From positions 1 through 37,767 of the IMG/VR virus record IMGVR_UViG_3300002301_000039: a DNA stretch of 37,767 nt; one strand, given 5' to 3'. The translations under genes were made by a program, and so were the position numbers. The stretch is from a virus (lineage: Duplodnaviria; Caudoviricetes). This document shows, in pieces, positions 19,110-26,785 of the stretch (positions are counted from its first letter, which is position 1; every line of letters starts with the position of its first letter). A model generated the notes under the pieces. That model was not told the origin of the DNA. It worked only from the letters and a program-made list of their open reading frames with translations, and searched no databases.

Positions 19110-19808
19110 TTAGGATGTCCTGAAATACCCGGACAGGCCGGGCATGATATATAATGGGACATTTTCCGTATCTTGTGTAGCCGCTACAGTGTAGGCCTGA
19201 TCAGCTTTTGCTTCCAGCATTTGAAGGCGTTCAGGAGCATAAATAGCCCCAACCCTAGCTGCCAAACCAGCGCACATCGCATCTAACCAACGGTATGGGA
19301 TGTCAACGGTCTGCGCATCCGTCAATTCAGCATCCTGAATTTGATGAACACGATAATATTGAAGGGAATAGATACCAGTTTGATCTGGAACAGGCCACAA
19401 AGTAACCGTAGGATTGATTAAACGGTCAAACCAAAAGGCTGTTGGCGGTGCTTCCAAGTTTTTATTAGGTGTCTGGGCATATTCCGTGCGCGAAATAGGC
19501 ATAATAACGCGGTCAAACTGGGAAGAGGTACCGCCATTATATTGAATGTATGCATCCAATATCATCACGGTCTTAGCATCAACGGCATACGTTGTCTGGC
19601 CCTGTATCAATGGTACAGTAACCAGATCAACTTCCCACAAATTAACGCCTTGGTTGGCCCATGAAGCCAGCATAAGGTTGGTTTCAAAGCGGGCATCTTG
19701 CATATGTTCTTGGACAAGAGCCGTTCTGCGAATGCCACAACGGGCATACGCATTAAGAACGATCTCGCCAAGCGACGGATTGAAATTGTAAGTGCCGCTC
19801 GTTGTCAT
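19110..19808 (-). CDS. Head-tail adaptor protein (P22 gp4-like)
   Basis: 232 aa; EIVLNAYARCG, NLMLASWAN and LWPVPD motifs; position after the capsid cluster. Confidence 0.65.
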   Translation of the reverse strand: MTTSGTYNFNPSLGEIVLNAYARCGIRRTALVQEHMQDARFETNLMLASWANQGVNLWEVDLVTVPLIQGQTTYAVDAKTVMILDAYIQYNGGTSSQFDRVIMPISRTEYAQTPNKNLEAPPTAFWFDRLINPTVTLWPVPDQTGIYSLQYYRVHQIQDAELTDAQTVDIPYRWLDAMCAGLAARVGAIYAPERLQMLEAKADQAYTVAATQDTENVPLYIMPGLSGYFRTS

Positions 19809-19817
19809 GGTCTATCC

Positions 19818-20600
19818 TTAGAAGATAGTGCCGTCGTTCGATACCAATACACCCTCAGCAGAGTAACCAGCAGCATATGCGGTTCCGGTTGCTGACATCT
19901 GCCATTGAATGTCGGTTTTTGCCACGTAAACGTTTGGATACCAACGTTCGCTGATAAAGTTTGCGACAAATGGGCGTTGCGTAACCAAAGAGTTAACGCC
20001 AGCAGGGTTTACGGTCCAAGTGCGGTAGGTTCCATACGAACCGCTGGTGTAAACCATGTTCGTCCAACCCTGAGCACGTTTCAAATAGAAGGTGAAACCA
20101 TTTGGAACCGTATAAATTGCAGATTGGGTACGACCAATGCCGATGTTGATCTGGGCATAAGTAATAGTTTTGCCCGTATCTTGAAGCTTGATTGTGCCAA
20201 CATTGCTTGTACCAGCCGTTGGGACAGCCGTTATAATCATGCTATTGATACGAAGATAACTATTGGTCGTATTAACGCCCGTATAGTTAGCACCTGTCAA
20301 AGCAATAGATTCAGAAATTTGGTTGTAATTGGCATCCAAACCATTGATCAAAACCGTGACACCAGCATCAGATGCCGATGTGCTGAGCAGGGTCATCGTG
20401 ATTGCAGAAGCTGGATAGGTGTAAGTCGTTGCATTTTCCCAAACTGGGATAAACCCAGAGGTAGGAATAGCCGCCTGATAACCAAAAATGCTTACGGTCG
20501 AATGACCTGTAATTTGGCTACGAGAAACTTGAAGTTCGAAGGGTTCTGTGACGCCACGCTTGGTGACGGAATCATTGATTACATAGGCTTGGCTGGTCAT
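19818..20600 (-). CDS. Hypothetical structural protein (260 aa)
   Basis: Beta-rich T/S/G composition, TAATG-coupled within the late operon. Confidence 0.7.
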   Translation of the reverse strand: MTSQAYVINDSVTKRGVTEPFELQVSRSQITGHSTVSIFGYQAAIPTSGFIPVWENATTYTYPASAITMTLLSTSASDAGVTVLINGLDANYNQISESIALTGANYTGVNTTNSYLRINSMIITAVPTAGTSNVGTIKLQDTGKTITYAQINIGIGRTQSAIYTVPNGFTFYLKRAQGWTNMVYTSGSYGTYRTWTVNPAGVNSLVTQRPFVANFISERWYPNVYVAKTDIQWQMSATGTAYAAGYSAEGVLVSNDGTIF

Positions 20601-20764
20601 TATTTACCCCTTTTACGTGCTACTGCTGCATTATCTACCAGATTAGGGTAGGGACGACCTGCCGCCCTTGCATGTGCTTTCGCGGTTGACTTCTGTTTCT
20701 CAGTTAAATGCTTGTGATGAGCATTTTTTTCAGCGGGATGTTCCCAAAAAGGCTTCGTAGCCAT
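20600..20764 (-). CDS. Small basic His/Lys-rich protein (54 aa; not in ORF track)
   Basis: MATKPFWEHPAEKNAHHKHLTEKQKSTAKAHARAAGRPYPNLVDNAAVARKRGK; TAATG overlaps at both ends. Confidence 0.85.
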   Translation of the reverse strand: MATKPFWEHPAEKNAHHKHLTEKQKSTAKAHARAAGRPYPNLVDNAAVARKRGK

Positions 20765-21009
20765 TAGCAACCCCATTTCCGCAATGCTTTATTGATCCGG
20801 CTATCCGGATCGTGGGCATTCTTGTGATTCGTAAGTTTAGACCGCATACCTTCCATCCGCGCACAAAAAGAATGATGGCGGGAGTTATGCGTATCTTTGG
20901 TGGGAGCCTTTAACGTGCCGCCCGTTTCAGAATGATAAGAAGCGCGTCCTTTGGCATTTAAGCCGCCAGATTCGGATTTGCCTTCTTTGCGCGTCCAAGC
21001 TGCCGTCAT
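20764..21009 (-). CDS. Small basic protein (81 aa)
   Basis: GGAGAG SD; K/R/H-rich with SFCARM and KALRKWGC motifs. Confidence 0.85.
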   Translation of the reverse strand: MTAAWTRKEGKSESGGLNAKGRASYHSETGGTLKAPTKDTHNSRHHSFCARMEGMRSKLTNHKNAHDPDSRINKALRKWGC

Positions 21010-21020
21010 CTCACTCTCCG

Positions 21021-21050
21021 AAGAAAGAAGGGGGACCGTAGCCCCCCTTC
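21021..21050 (-). terminator. Rho-independent terminator
   Basis: GAAGGGGG-loop-CCCCCTTC followed by TTTCTT, 2 nt after the TAA at 21053. Confidence 0.7.
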
Positions 21051-21052
21051 AA

Positions 21053-21262
21053 TTAATGCATTTTCTTCAACGTCTGGGCGAGACGGGCACGTTTAGCGAG
21101 GGTAGGGTTCTCGCTATGCGCCGCCTTAGCCAGCTTCTTGGCGGGGATTTTATCCCCCTCCGGGACGTGAAGCTGCCGGTGTAATGCTCCGGGATGCTTG
21201 ATAGCACCCTGAATCCATTTTGCGCCACCGCCGTCCGCTTTGTGCGAACGGCTTACGACTCC
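21053..21262 (-). CDS. Basic-protein ORF with no start codon (69 aa); probable -1 frameshift extension of the His-rich protein
   Basis: GVVSRSHKADGGGAKWIQGAIKHPGALHRQLHVPEG...RLAQTLKKMH. No ATG/GTG/TTG occurs in frame between the upstream TGA and the last five codons. The ORF ends just before a terminator. Confidence 0.8.
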   Translation of the reverse strand, partial: GVVSRSHKADGGGAKWIQGAIKHPGALHRQLHVPEGDKIPAKKLAKAAHSENPTLAKRARLAQTLKKMH

Positions 21263-21265
21263 CCC
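21230..21265 (-). promoter_or_regulatory. Putative -1 programmed ribosomal frameshift signal
   Basis: G GGG GAG (21265-21259), spacer TCGTAA, hairpin GCCGUUCGC-ACAAA-GCGGACGGC (21252-21230). Confidence 0.7.
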
Positions 21266-21657
21266 GACTCCACCATGCGGCCCGCTGGGGACTTCACATT
21301 GTGTGCCGAAGAGAATGGACGCATTTCAACGCCGCCACCCGACTTACGGGCAGGACGATCCAAGCGATGATGCGCATGCTTACCATGTGCTTCAACATGC
21401 TTCATGTGATGAGCATGCTTCTTGGCGCGACCGCCATGCTTACGGGCAGCATGCTTCTCACCAGCTTCGTGAACGGTTGGCGAATTTGCGCCAGCGTAAA
21501 CGTCGCGTGGTTCGTCGTCGTGAGGCACTTCGCCTTCCGACACTGCGCCACCCTTTGCATGGTGACCACGATGCTTCATCGAATGCATCGAATGCTTCTT
21601 CACCGTGTGGTGAATATGATGACCGTGGTGGCCTTCATGTTCGTGATGTTTAGCCAT
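21253..21657 (-). CDS. His-rich disordered protein with xxxGG motifs (134 aa)
   Basis: GAGGT SD; 27 His of 134 residues; HAKGG, RKHGG, RKSGG. Confidence 0.85.
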   Translation of the reverse strand: MAKHHEHEGHHGHHIHHTVKKHSMHSMKHRGHHAKGGAVSEGEVPHDDEPRDVYAGANSPTVHEAGEKHAARKHGGRAKKHAHHMKHVEAHGKHAHHRLDRPARKSGGGVEMRPFSSAHNVKSPAGRMVESGES

Positions 21658-21667
21658 AATTTACCTC

Positions 21668-22903
21668 TTATGCCTGTGTGACGCCGTACAGGCCAGTGAT
21701 GGACCCGACATTGTATGGTTGAACCGTTTGGCGAACGACAAAACGGGTAGTGGCAAGTGTTGGCGTGAACGTGTACGTGCCACGAACGTCGCCTGTCGTG
21801 CTGGTTGCATAGGTCGTAACCGCCGCAACATAACCAGAGTTAGCCGTGACAACCGCAGGGTTGACAGAGGCAGACTGGTTAATCAGCAAATCACCAAAGT
21901 TGTCAGAACGGAGAGGAAGACCAAAGATATTGGTCGTGCCAACGCTATAAGTAACCGTATCGGCTACCGAAGGGATGACAGACGTAATATATTTGAAGGC
22001 TTTCTTACCGTTGACAGCAGTGTTCTGAGTCGAACTCGTGGTCAGCGAGATCACTTCCGTCATTGGGTAGCCATAAATGTCAAACCCGGAGACGGTGAAA
22101 GTGATGCTTGCAGTTGGAGTCGAAGACACAGGGGTAACACTTACAGCCCGTGCGCTGAGAGCCTGTGGGTTCCACAACGAAATCGTCTGAGCAGAACCGA
22201 ATGGAATCTGCGAACCAGTGATTGCGTCGTTTGTAGCCGAACCCAAAGCAGCAGTGATAGTAAGCTGAGAACCGCTTGTACCAGCCGCAACAGGAGCGCC
22301 GCTAACCGTGTAGGAACCCGTAAAGCCAGCCGCCGAATTGCCGTTGGATGCGTTGACCGTCGGGCCGTAACCCGTGATCGTCGTACCAGCAGCAATGCCA
22401 GTGCCAGAAATCGTCATTCCGATGGTGAGCGGAAGGTTTCCGTTCGTGGAAACAATCAGAATGTTACCAGCGGTGCCGCTAGTGCCATTTGAAATGTAAC
22501 CCGTAACCGAAGTGTAAGCATCAAGAGCCAAAAGGCCAGTGACCTGAACACCAATGTCAGCACGAACAATCGACTGGCCAACCGCTACTGCCGTGGAGGC
22601 AGAAGAAGAAGAAACCAGAGTCATGCCCGCAGTGAGCATACCAGAGGTAATGGCCTGTGCCGCTGCGATAGCAACGCCAGAAGCCGCAGGAGGGGTCGTA
22701 TTCAACGTCAAAACGTTGTCTACGCCAAGCCAACCAAGCGTGTTAGCCCCAAAATTCTGGCCCGGTGTATAGCTGTAAACTGGGCGTGGGTCTAAAAGAC
22801 CCATACCCGAATAAAACAGCGACGGACCAGCCTCAGGATTATAGTCAGCGAATGGAGCCTGTCCAAAGCTAACATACGGACCGGAGTTTGCTGTAATAGA
22901 CAT
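21668..22903 (-). CDS. Minor capsid / head decoration protein (411 aa)
   Basis: Directly downstream of the MCP with AAGGAG SD; T/A/G/S-rich; contains a beta module similar to one in the 486-aa fibre. Confidence 0.65.
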   Translation of the reverse strand: MSITANSGPYVSFGQAPFADYNPEAGPSLFYSGMGLLDPRPVYSYTPGQNFGANTLGWLGVDNVLTLNTTPPAASGVAIAAAQAITSGMLTAGMTLVSSSSASTAVAVGQSIVRADIGVQVTGLLALDAYTSVTGYISNGTSGTAGNILIVSTNGNLPLTIGMTISGTGIAAGTTITGYGPTVNASNGNSAAGFTGSYTVSGAPVAAGTSGSQLTITAALGSATNDAITGSQIPFGSAQTISLWNPQALSARAVSVTPVSSTPTASITFTVSGFDIYGYPMTEVISLTTSSTQNTAVNGKKAFKYITSVIPSVADTVTYSVGTTNIFGLPLRSDNFGDLLINQSASVNPAVVTANSGYVAAVTTYATSTTGDVRGTYTFTPTLATTRFVVRQTVQPYNVGSITGLYGVTQA

Positions 22904-22913
22904 AAGCTACTCC

Positions 22914-23828
22914 TTACGAGGTTGGGAATGAACCGTAGATCGAACGCCAGTTGTAGTAGCCAACCGAATACCGCTCATAGCCCTTGACGAGAAGGTTATC
23001 AGTCGTGAAGTCCACTTGCATGTCCATTTCGAATGGAACGCGCTCCATATAGACAAGGCCCTTGATGTTAGTCAGGAGGAACCATGCATAGTTGGAGGTC
23101 AAGAAGTCCATGACCATGTAGCCTTCAGGCAAACCGCCGCCGGTAAACAAGATCGCGTTGGTGTCGTTATCTGCTGTACCCGGACGAAGCTGCGTCTTCG
23201 TGAGACGAATAGCAACTGGCTCCAAGGAAGGAGGAACGATCAACTTACGACCACGGGCGAAAATCTTGTTGCCAGCGATATCGCGGAAGTTCTGGCGAAT
23301 GGCGACCATTGCGTTGAGCAGGGTCGATTCGTTCAGATCAACCTGAACCGTAGGCGTGTTCGCAATCGTGCTGCCGTCAATAGGGTGAGCAGTGGAGCAG
23401 AGTGCTACACCGTCGCCGCCGATGGCTGCATTATACGTGGTCGCCGTGTTCAGAACGTTGGCGGCATAGATTTCCTTAGTCTGATGGAACGATTCCGTCA
23501 GGCCGAGGTTGGTAGGCTTGAACTGAGCCTTGTAAAGGTTGTCGTCGATTGCCTTACGGGTAATCGCGTAACCAAGGGCAATTTCGTTATGTTCCTGATT
23601 GTAAACATAACGTTCGCCAGCGGCGTTATCGAACTGAGTGTTGCCGCCTTCGGTCTTCAACTGTGCAAGACCAAGGTAGCGCATTTCAGCCGTACGTTCC
23701 AGAGCCATGTTCGACTTGGTGATTTCAAACACCTTGTCGTACTGGCTTGGGATCATGTTATATTTGCCTTCCACGCCCCGCAAACCGGGGAGGAGAAGGT
23801 CACGAATCTGACTAAGATTGACAGCCAT
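22914..23828 (-). CDS. Major capsid protein (HK97 fold, Mu gpT-like family)
   Basis: 304 aa, AAGGAG SD, strongly C-ending codons; LLLPGL, GGDGVALCSTAHP, KLIVPPSL, ERYSVG..NWR motifs. Confidence 0.88.
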   Translation of the reverse strand: MAVNLSQIRDLLLPGLRGVEGKYNMIPSQYDKVFEITKSNMALERTAEMRYLGLAQLKTEGGNTQFDNAAGERYVYNQEHNEIALGYAITRKAIDDNLYKAQFKPTNLGLTESFHQTKEIYAANVLNTATTYNAAIGGDGVALCSTAHPIDGSTIANTPTVQVDLNESTLLNAMVAIRQNFRDIAGNKIFARGRKLIVPPSLEPVAIRLTKTQLRPGTADNDTNAILFTGGGLPEGYMVMDFLTSNYAWFLLTNIKGLVYMERVPFEMDMQVDFTTDNLLVKGYERYSVGYYNWRSIYGSFPTS

Positions 23829-23841
23829 TTGAGCCTACTCC

Positions 23842-24453
23842 TTATGAACCAGCAGTGATGCGGAAGGTCTGGTTGTTGAAACCAACGATGATGCTGTTGT
23901 AAGGCGTCGTCGTGTCGGTGCCATTTGCTCCCGGTGGGAACGTAACCAGAGAAAGAATGCGGAATGCATACGTGGTCGAAGTGCTGATGTTCGCTTGGTT
24001 AGCATAAGCCGTCGACTGACCCGACAAAAGCTGGGTGTTGGTTGGCGAAGCTGGCGAATTACCGGCGTAGTCAATGTTCGAATTGACCTGAGCCTGAGTA
24101 ACAGCAGCAGAACCCGACGACTGAACCTTGAAGGTAGCCTGTGGGTCGACGATGACGTAAGCGGTGATGACAGTTCCCGATGGAACGGTCTGGCTGGCTG
24201 GCCAATAAGGGGACCAAGTCACCTTGTTAACCGAAGCGTTGTAGAACTCGCAGCCTACGAAAACGCCGAGAACTGCGGCAGTACCAGCAGCACCAGCAAT
24301 TACATAGCCGCCAGAAATCTGTACGGGGTCGCCAGAGAAAATGTTGGAAGAATAACCGCTAGTAATCTGATACGACGACTGACCCAAAGAACCAGTACGC
24401 CCGTCCAGAAAGCCAGCAAGCTGGAAACCATTGGGCGCAAGAGTGTTCGCCAT
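23842..24453 (-). CDS. Capsid cement/auxiliary capsid protein
   Basis: 203 aa immediately upstream of the MCP; APNGF, NIFSGDPV, GVFVGCEF, VIVDP motifs; AAGGAG SD. Confidence 0.7.
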   Translation of the reverse strand: MANTLAPNGFQLAGFLDGRTGSLGQSSYQITSGYSSNIFSGDPVQISGGYVIAGAAGTAAVLGVFVGCEFYNASVNKVTWSPYWPASQTVPSGTVITAYVIVDPQATFKVQSSGSAAVTQAQVNSNIDYAGNSPASPTNTQLLSGQSTAYANQANISTSTTYAFRILSLVTFPPGANGTDTTTPYNSIIVGFNNQTFRITAGS

Positions 24454-24472
24454 AGGTTGCTCCTTTTCGGTA

Positions 24473-24539
24473 GGCTACATCTAAGACAGCGCGTCTTTTT
24501 GTAACCAACGAGGGGAAGCCCACTACGGCGCGTAGCGGA
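24473..24539 (-). promoter_or_regulatory. Structured 5' leader of the capsid operon: two hairpins with ACGCGCYGU apices
   Basis: UCCGCUACG-CGC-CGUAGUGGG and GGUUACA-AA-AAGAC-GCGCU-GUCUU-AGA-UGUAGCC. Confidence 0.55.
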
Positions 24540-24550
24540 GTTATCTGATA

Positions 24551-24579
24551 TTCATAGCATCACAATTGATGCCTTGCAA
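24551..24579 (-). promoter_or_regulatory. Putative capsid-operon promoter with spacer dyad
   Basis: TTGCAA-N17-TATGAA; the spacer contains GCATCA-N4-TGATGC; lies just downstream of a terminator. Confidence 0.6.
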
Positions 24580-24587
24580 TAGGTAAT

Positions 24588-24612
24588 AAAAAAGGCCCCC
24601 GAAGGGGCCTTT
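24588..24612 (-). terminator. Rho-independent terminator with C(UUCG)G loop
   Basis: AAAGGCCCC-TTCG-GGGGCCTTTTTT directly after the stop at 24616. Confidence 0.9.
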
Positions 24613-24615
24613 CTC

Positions 24616-25203
24616 TTAGGAACGAGGAATATTCATAGGTTCATATGACTTGTTTACACCCGTCCTACGGGAATCACGTTCAAATGTACCTGATGGAGTC
24701 ATGCCCAATGCACGTTCTTTCGATGCGACTACTTCACGGGCCGTTGCAAGTTCACGATCCATTGCAATACGGGTGATTTCAGATGGACGTTCCATCAAAA
24801 TCATACCCTTACGACGTACCGGACCTACATAACCGATAGCCATCATCTCAGGATGCCGCCTAGCATCGACTGGTTCCCAACCAACGCCACGCATTTCAAT
24901 CATATGTTCCTGATCGGTCATGCCAGCAATGCTTTCACGCTTCCAATTGTAGTCCCAACCCTCAGGAATCTTGCGAGGATCAATGTAAAACTCGTCATGC
25001 ATGGATGCATCGAAGTTATCATTGCGCATTTGATTGCGAAGTTCTTCCGCACGGATGGCAGCTTCCCGTAAACCACGGGAAACAAGGGGTGCTTCAACTT
25101 CGGTGTCGGCTGAATTGCGTAAATCGGTCATTGTTTCTTCCACCATTTCAATAATTTGGGATTTTGCGGGGCGTCCGGGTCCACGTTTAGGTTGATCTGT
25201 CAT
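24616..25203 (-). CDS. Head-module hypothetical protein (195 aa)
   Basis: Between scaffold and cement genes; AT-hook-like KRGPGRP; IPEGWDYNWKR, GWEPV and GMILMERP motifs. Confidence 0.75.
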   Translation of the reverse strand: MTDQPKRGPGRPAKSQIIEMVEETMTDLRNSADTEVEAPLVSRGLREAAIRAEELRNQMRNDNFDASMHDEFYIDPRKIPEGWDYNWKRESIAGMTDQEHMIEMRGVGWEPVDARRHPEMMAIGYVGPVRRKGMILMERPSEITRIAMDRELATAREVVASKERALGMTPSGTFERDSRRTGVNKSYEPMNIPRS

Positions 25204-25206
25204 GGT

Positions 25207-26154
25207 TTACCCCATCGCACCCTTGTTCATCTGATAAAGTTTACCTTCCAAGTACTCTTCATCCGTCATATCCATTGCCATAGCATGATCACGCTCTGCT
25301 GGGGTCAATGTCATGGTGACGGTCTGGCCTGAACGGAAGGTTTGAGCAGCATTTGTCCGCGAAACAGGTGCAGCCGCCATAGCTTGACGCTGACGAACCT
25401 GAGAAACAGGTGCTTGTTGCGGTTCACCTTCGTAAACACGGCTTTCAATGTGCGCAAAGTACTCTGGGCTGTCAGGTTGAATCTTCCTAGCAACCGCTTC
25501 GTAGTGTGCGGCAGTCATAAGAGCCGTCTTATCAGGGTCCGCCAACACATCACGGTGCGAACGGAGCCATGCTTGCGAGGTTGGACTCTTAACAGCCGCG
25601 ATTTGAGCTTCAATAGGGTCAGAAGGTTGTTGTTCAAAGTGTGGCTGAGGCTGACGGCGCTGCTGTTCAAGCATTTGCCGTTCATAATTCAGTTTTTCTT
25701 CGACAGCTTCCTTACCTTGTGCCAATTGCATAAGGCGGGATTCCACCTGAGCCATCTGACGTTGCAATTTAGCGGCTTTGCTGTAATCACCATCCGCCAA
25801 AGTGGCGGCATAATCACGTTCCAGCATCTCAGCATCACGTTCAAAGCTGGCAATTGCGTTAACAAATGCTGTTAACTGGTTGTCTTGAGCCTGAACTTGG
25901 TAGGTTTTTACTTCCTGCTTGGCTTCATGAGCAAACTTTTCAGCTTGCGCCCGTGCAAGGCGGGCTTCATCAGCTTCACGACGTTTTTCATCCAACTGGC
26001 GGCGAAGAAGTTCAACACCTTCGTCCGGTTGTTTGGCTGGTTCTGCTGCTGGTTCTGTTTTTGCAACGGGATCAGCACCTAAATCGTAGTCGTCCTTGAC
26101 CGGAAGCGGCACAGGAGACTTAACTGTAACTTCAATTGCTTCTAAATCTGACAT
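25207..26154 (-). CDS. Capsid scaffolding protein
   Basis: 315 aa, acidic A/E/Q coiled coil, C-terminal LTPAE...MDMTDEEY helix; position upstream of the capsid genes. Confidence 0.7.
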   Translation of the reverse strand: MSDLEAIEVTVKSPVPLPVKDDYDLGADPVAKTEPAAEPAKQPDEGVELLRRQLDEKRREADEARLARAQAEKFAHEAKQEVKTYQVQAQDNQLTAFVNAIASFERDAEMLERDYAATLADGDYSKAAKLQRQMAQVESRLMQLAQGKEAVEEKLNYERQMLEQQRRQPQPHFEQQPSDPIEAQIAAVKSPTSQAWLRSHRDVLADPDKTALMTAAHYEAVARKIQPDSPEYFAHIESRVYEGEPQQAPVSQVRQRQAMAAAPVSRTNAAQTFRSGQTVTMTLTPAERDHAMAMDMTDEEYLEGKLYQMNKGAMG

Positions 26155-26164
26155 TTATGCCCCC

Positions 26165-26563
26165 TTAGTACGCTGTGTCTGGCTCTGGGATAGCCAATTT
26201 GACGTTAACATCCTGAATAATCTGGCAAAGAACACCATTAATATTCAGTTTCCAGCCATCTGAGGAGCGAAGAACAATCCACTGGCCTACTTCGACATCC
26301 TGACCAGCAAACGCAGTGCGGTCATCGTCCACAAAAGCAAGAGGACCTTTTTTCAAAACAAGAACTACCTTGCCCTGATAATCATCTTCTTTGCGGGTAT
26401 TGTCAGAAAGGAAAATGCCTGAGGCAGTGCGCTCTGGACGCTTATAAACAGCGCAGAGAATGTTGTTATTAAAGACCTGCACCTTGGAAATATCACCAAT
26501 CGCAGCTTTCAACTCCTCTGCCGGATCACCGACATGGAGCATTTTCATATTAGCAGTTTTCAT
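26165..26563 (-). CDS. groES: GroES-like co-chaperonin
   Basis: PERTASGIFL...GKVVLVLKKGPLAF...VEVGQWIV Cpn10 pattern; start re-assigned to the ATG at 26563, just after the upstream stop. Confidence 0.8.
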   Translation of the reverse strand: MKTANMKMLHVGDPAEELKAAIGDISKVQVFNNNILCAVYKRPERTASGIFLSDNTRKEDDYQGKVVLVLKKGPLAFVDDDRTAFAGQDVEVGQWIVLRSSDGWKLNINGVLCQIIQDVNVKLAIPEPDTAY

Positions 26564-26564
26564 T

Positions 26565-26777
26565 TTATCTCGCTTTTTGGTTAATGCCGACGATGTCATC
26601 CATCGTCTCTTTTGCCCAGATAAGTGCGTCGGATAGTCCTTTTAGATACCCGACACGGTTTTTGTATTCCTCGTAGTTTTGTGCAGAACCCGCCAGAATG
26701 CTCTCTGAAAGGTTCTGCTTTTCCTCTTCAATACGCTCCTGCAATTTGCGGTACAGAAGCAAGTCTAGTGACGCCAT
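26565..26777 (-). CDS. Small helical protein (70 aa, MASLDLLLY...)
   Basis: AAGGAG SD before the ATG at 26777; NYEEYKNRVGYLKGL motif. Confidence 0.8.
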   Translation of the reverse strand: MASLDLLLYRKLQERIEEEKQNLSESILAGSAQNYEEYKNRVGYLKGLSDALIWAKETMDDIVGINQKAR

Positions 26778-26785
26778 GTTACTCC

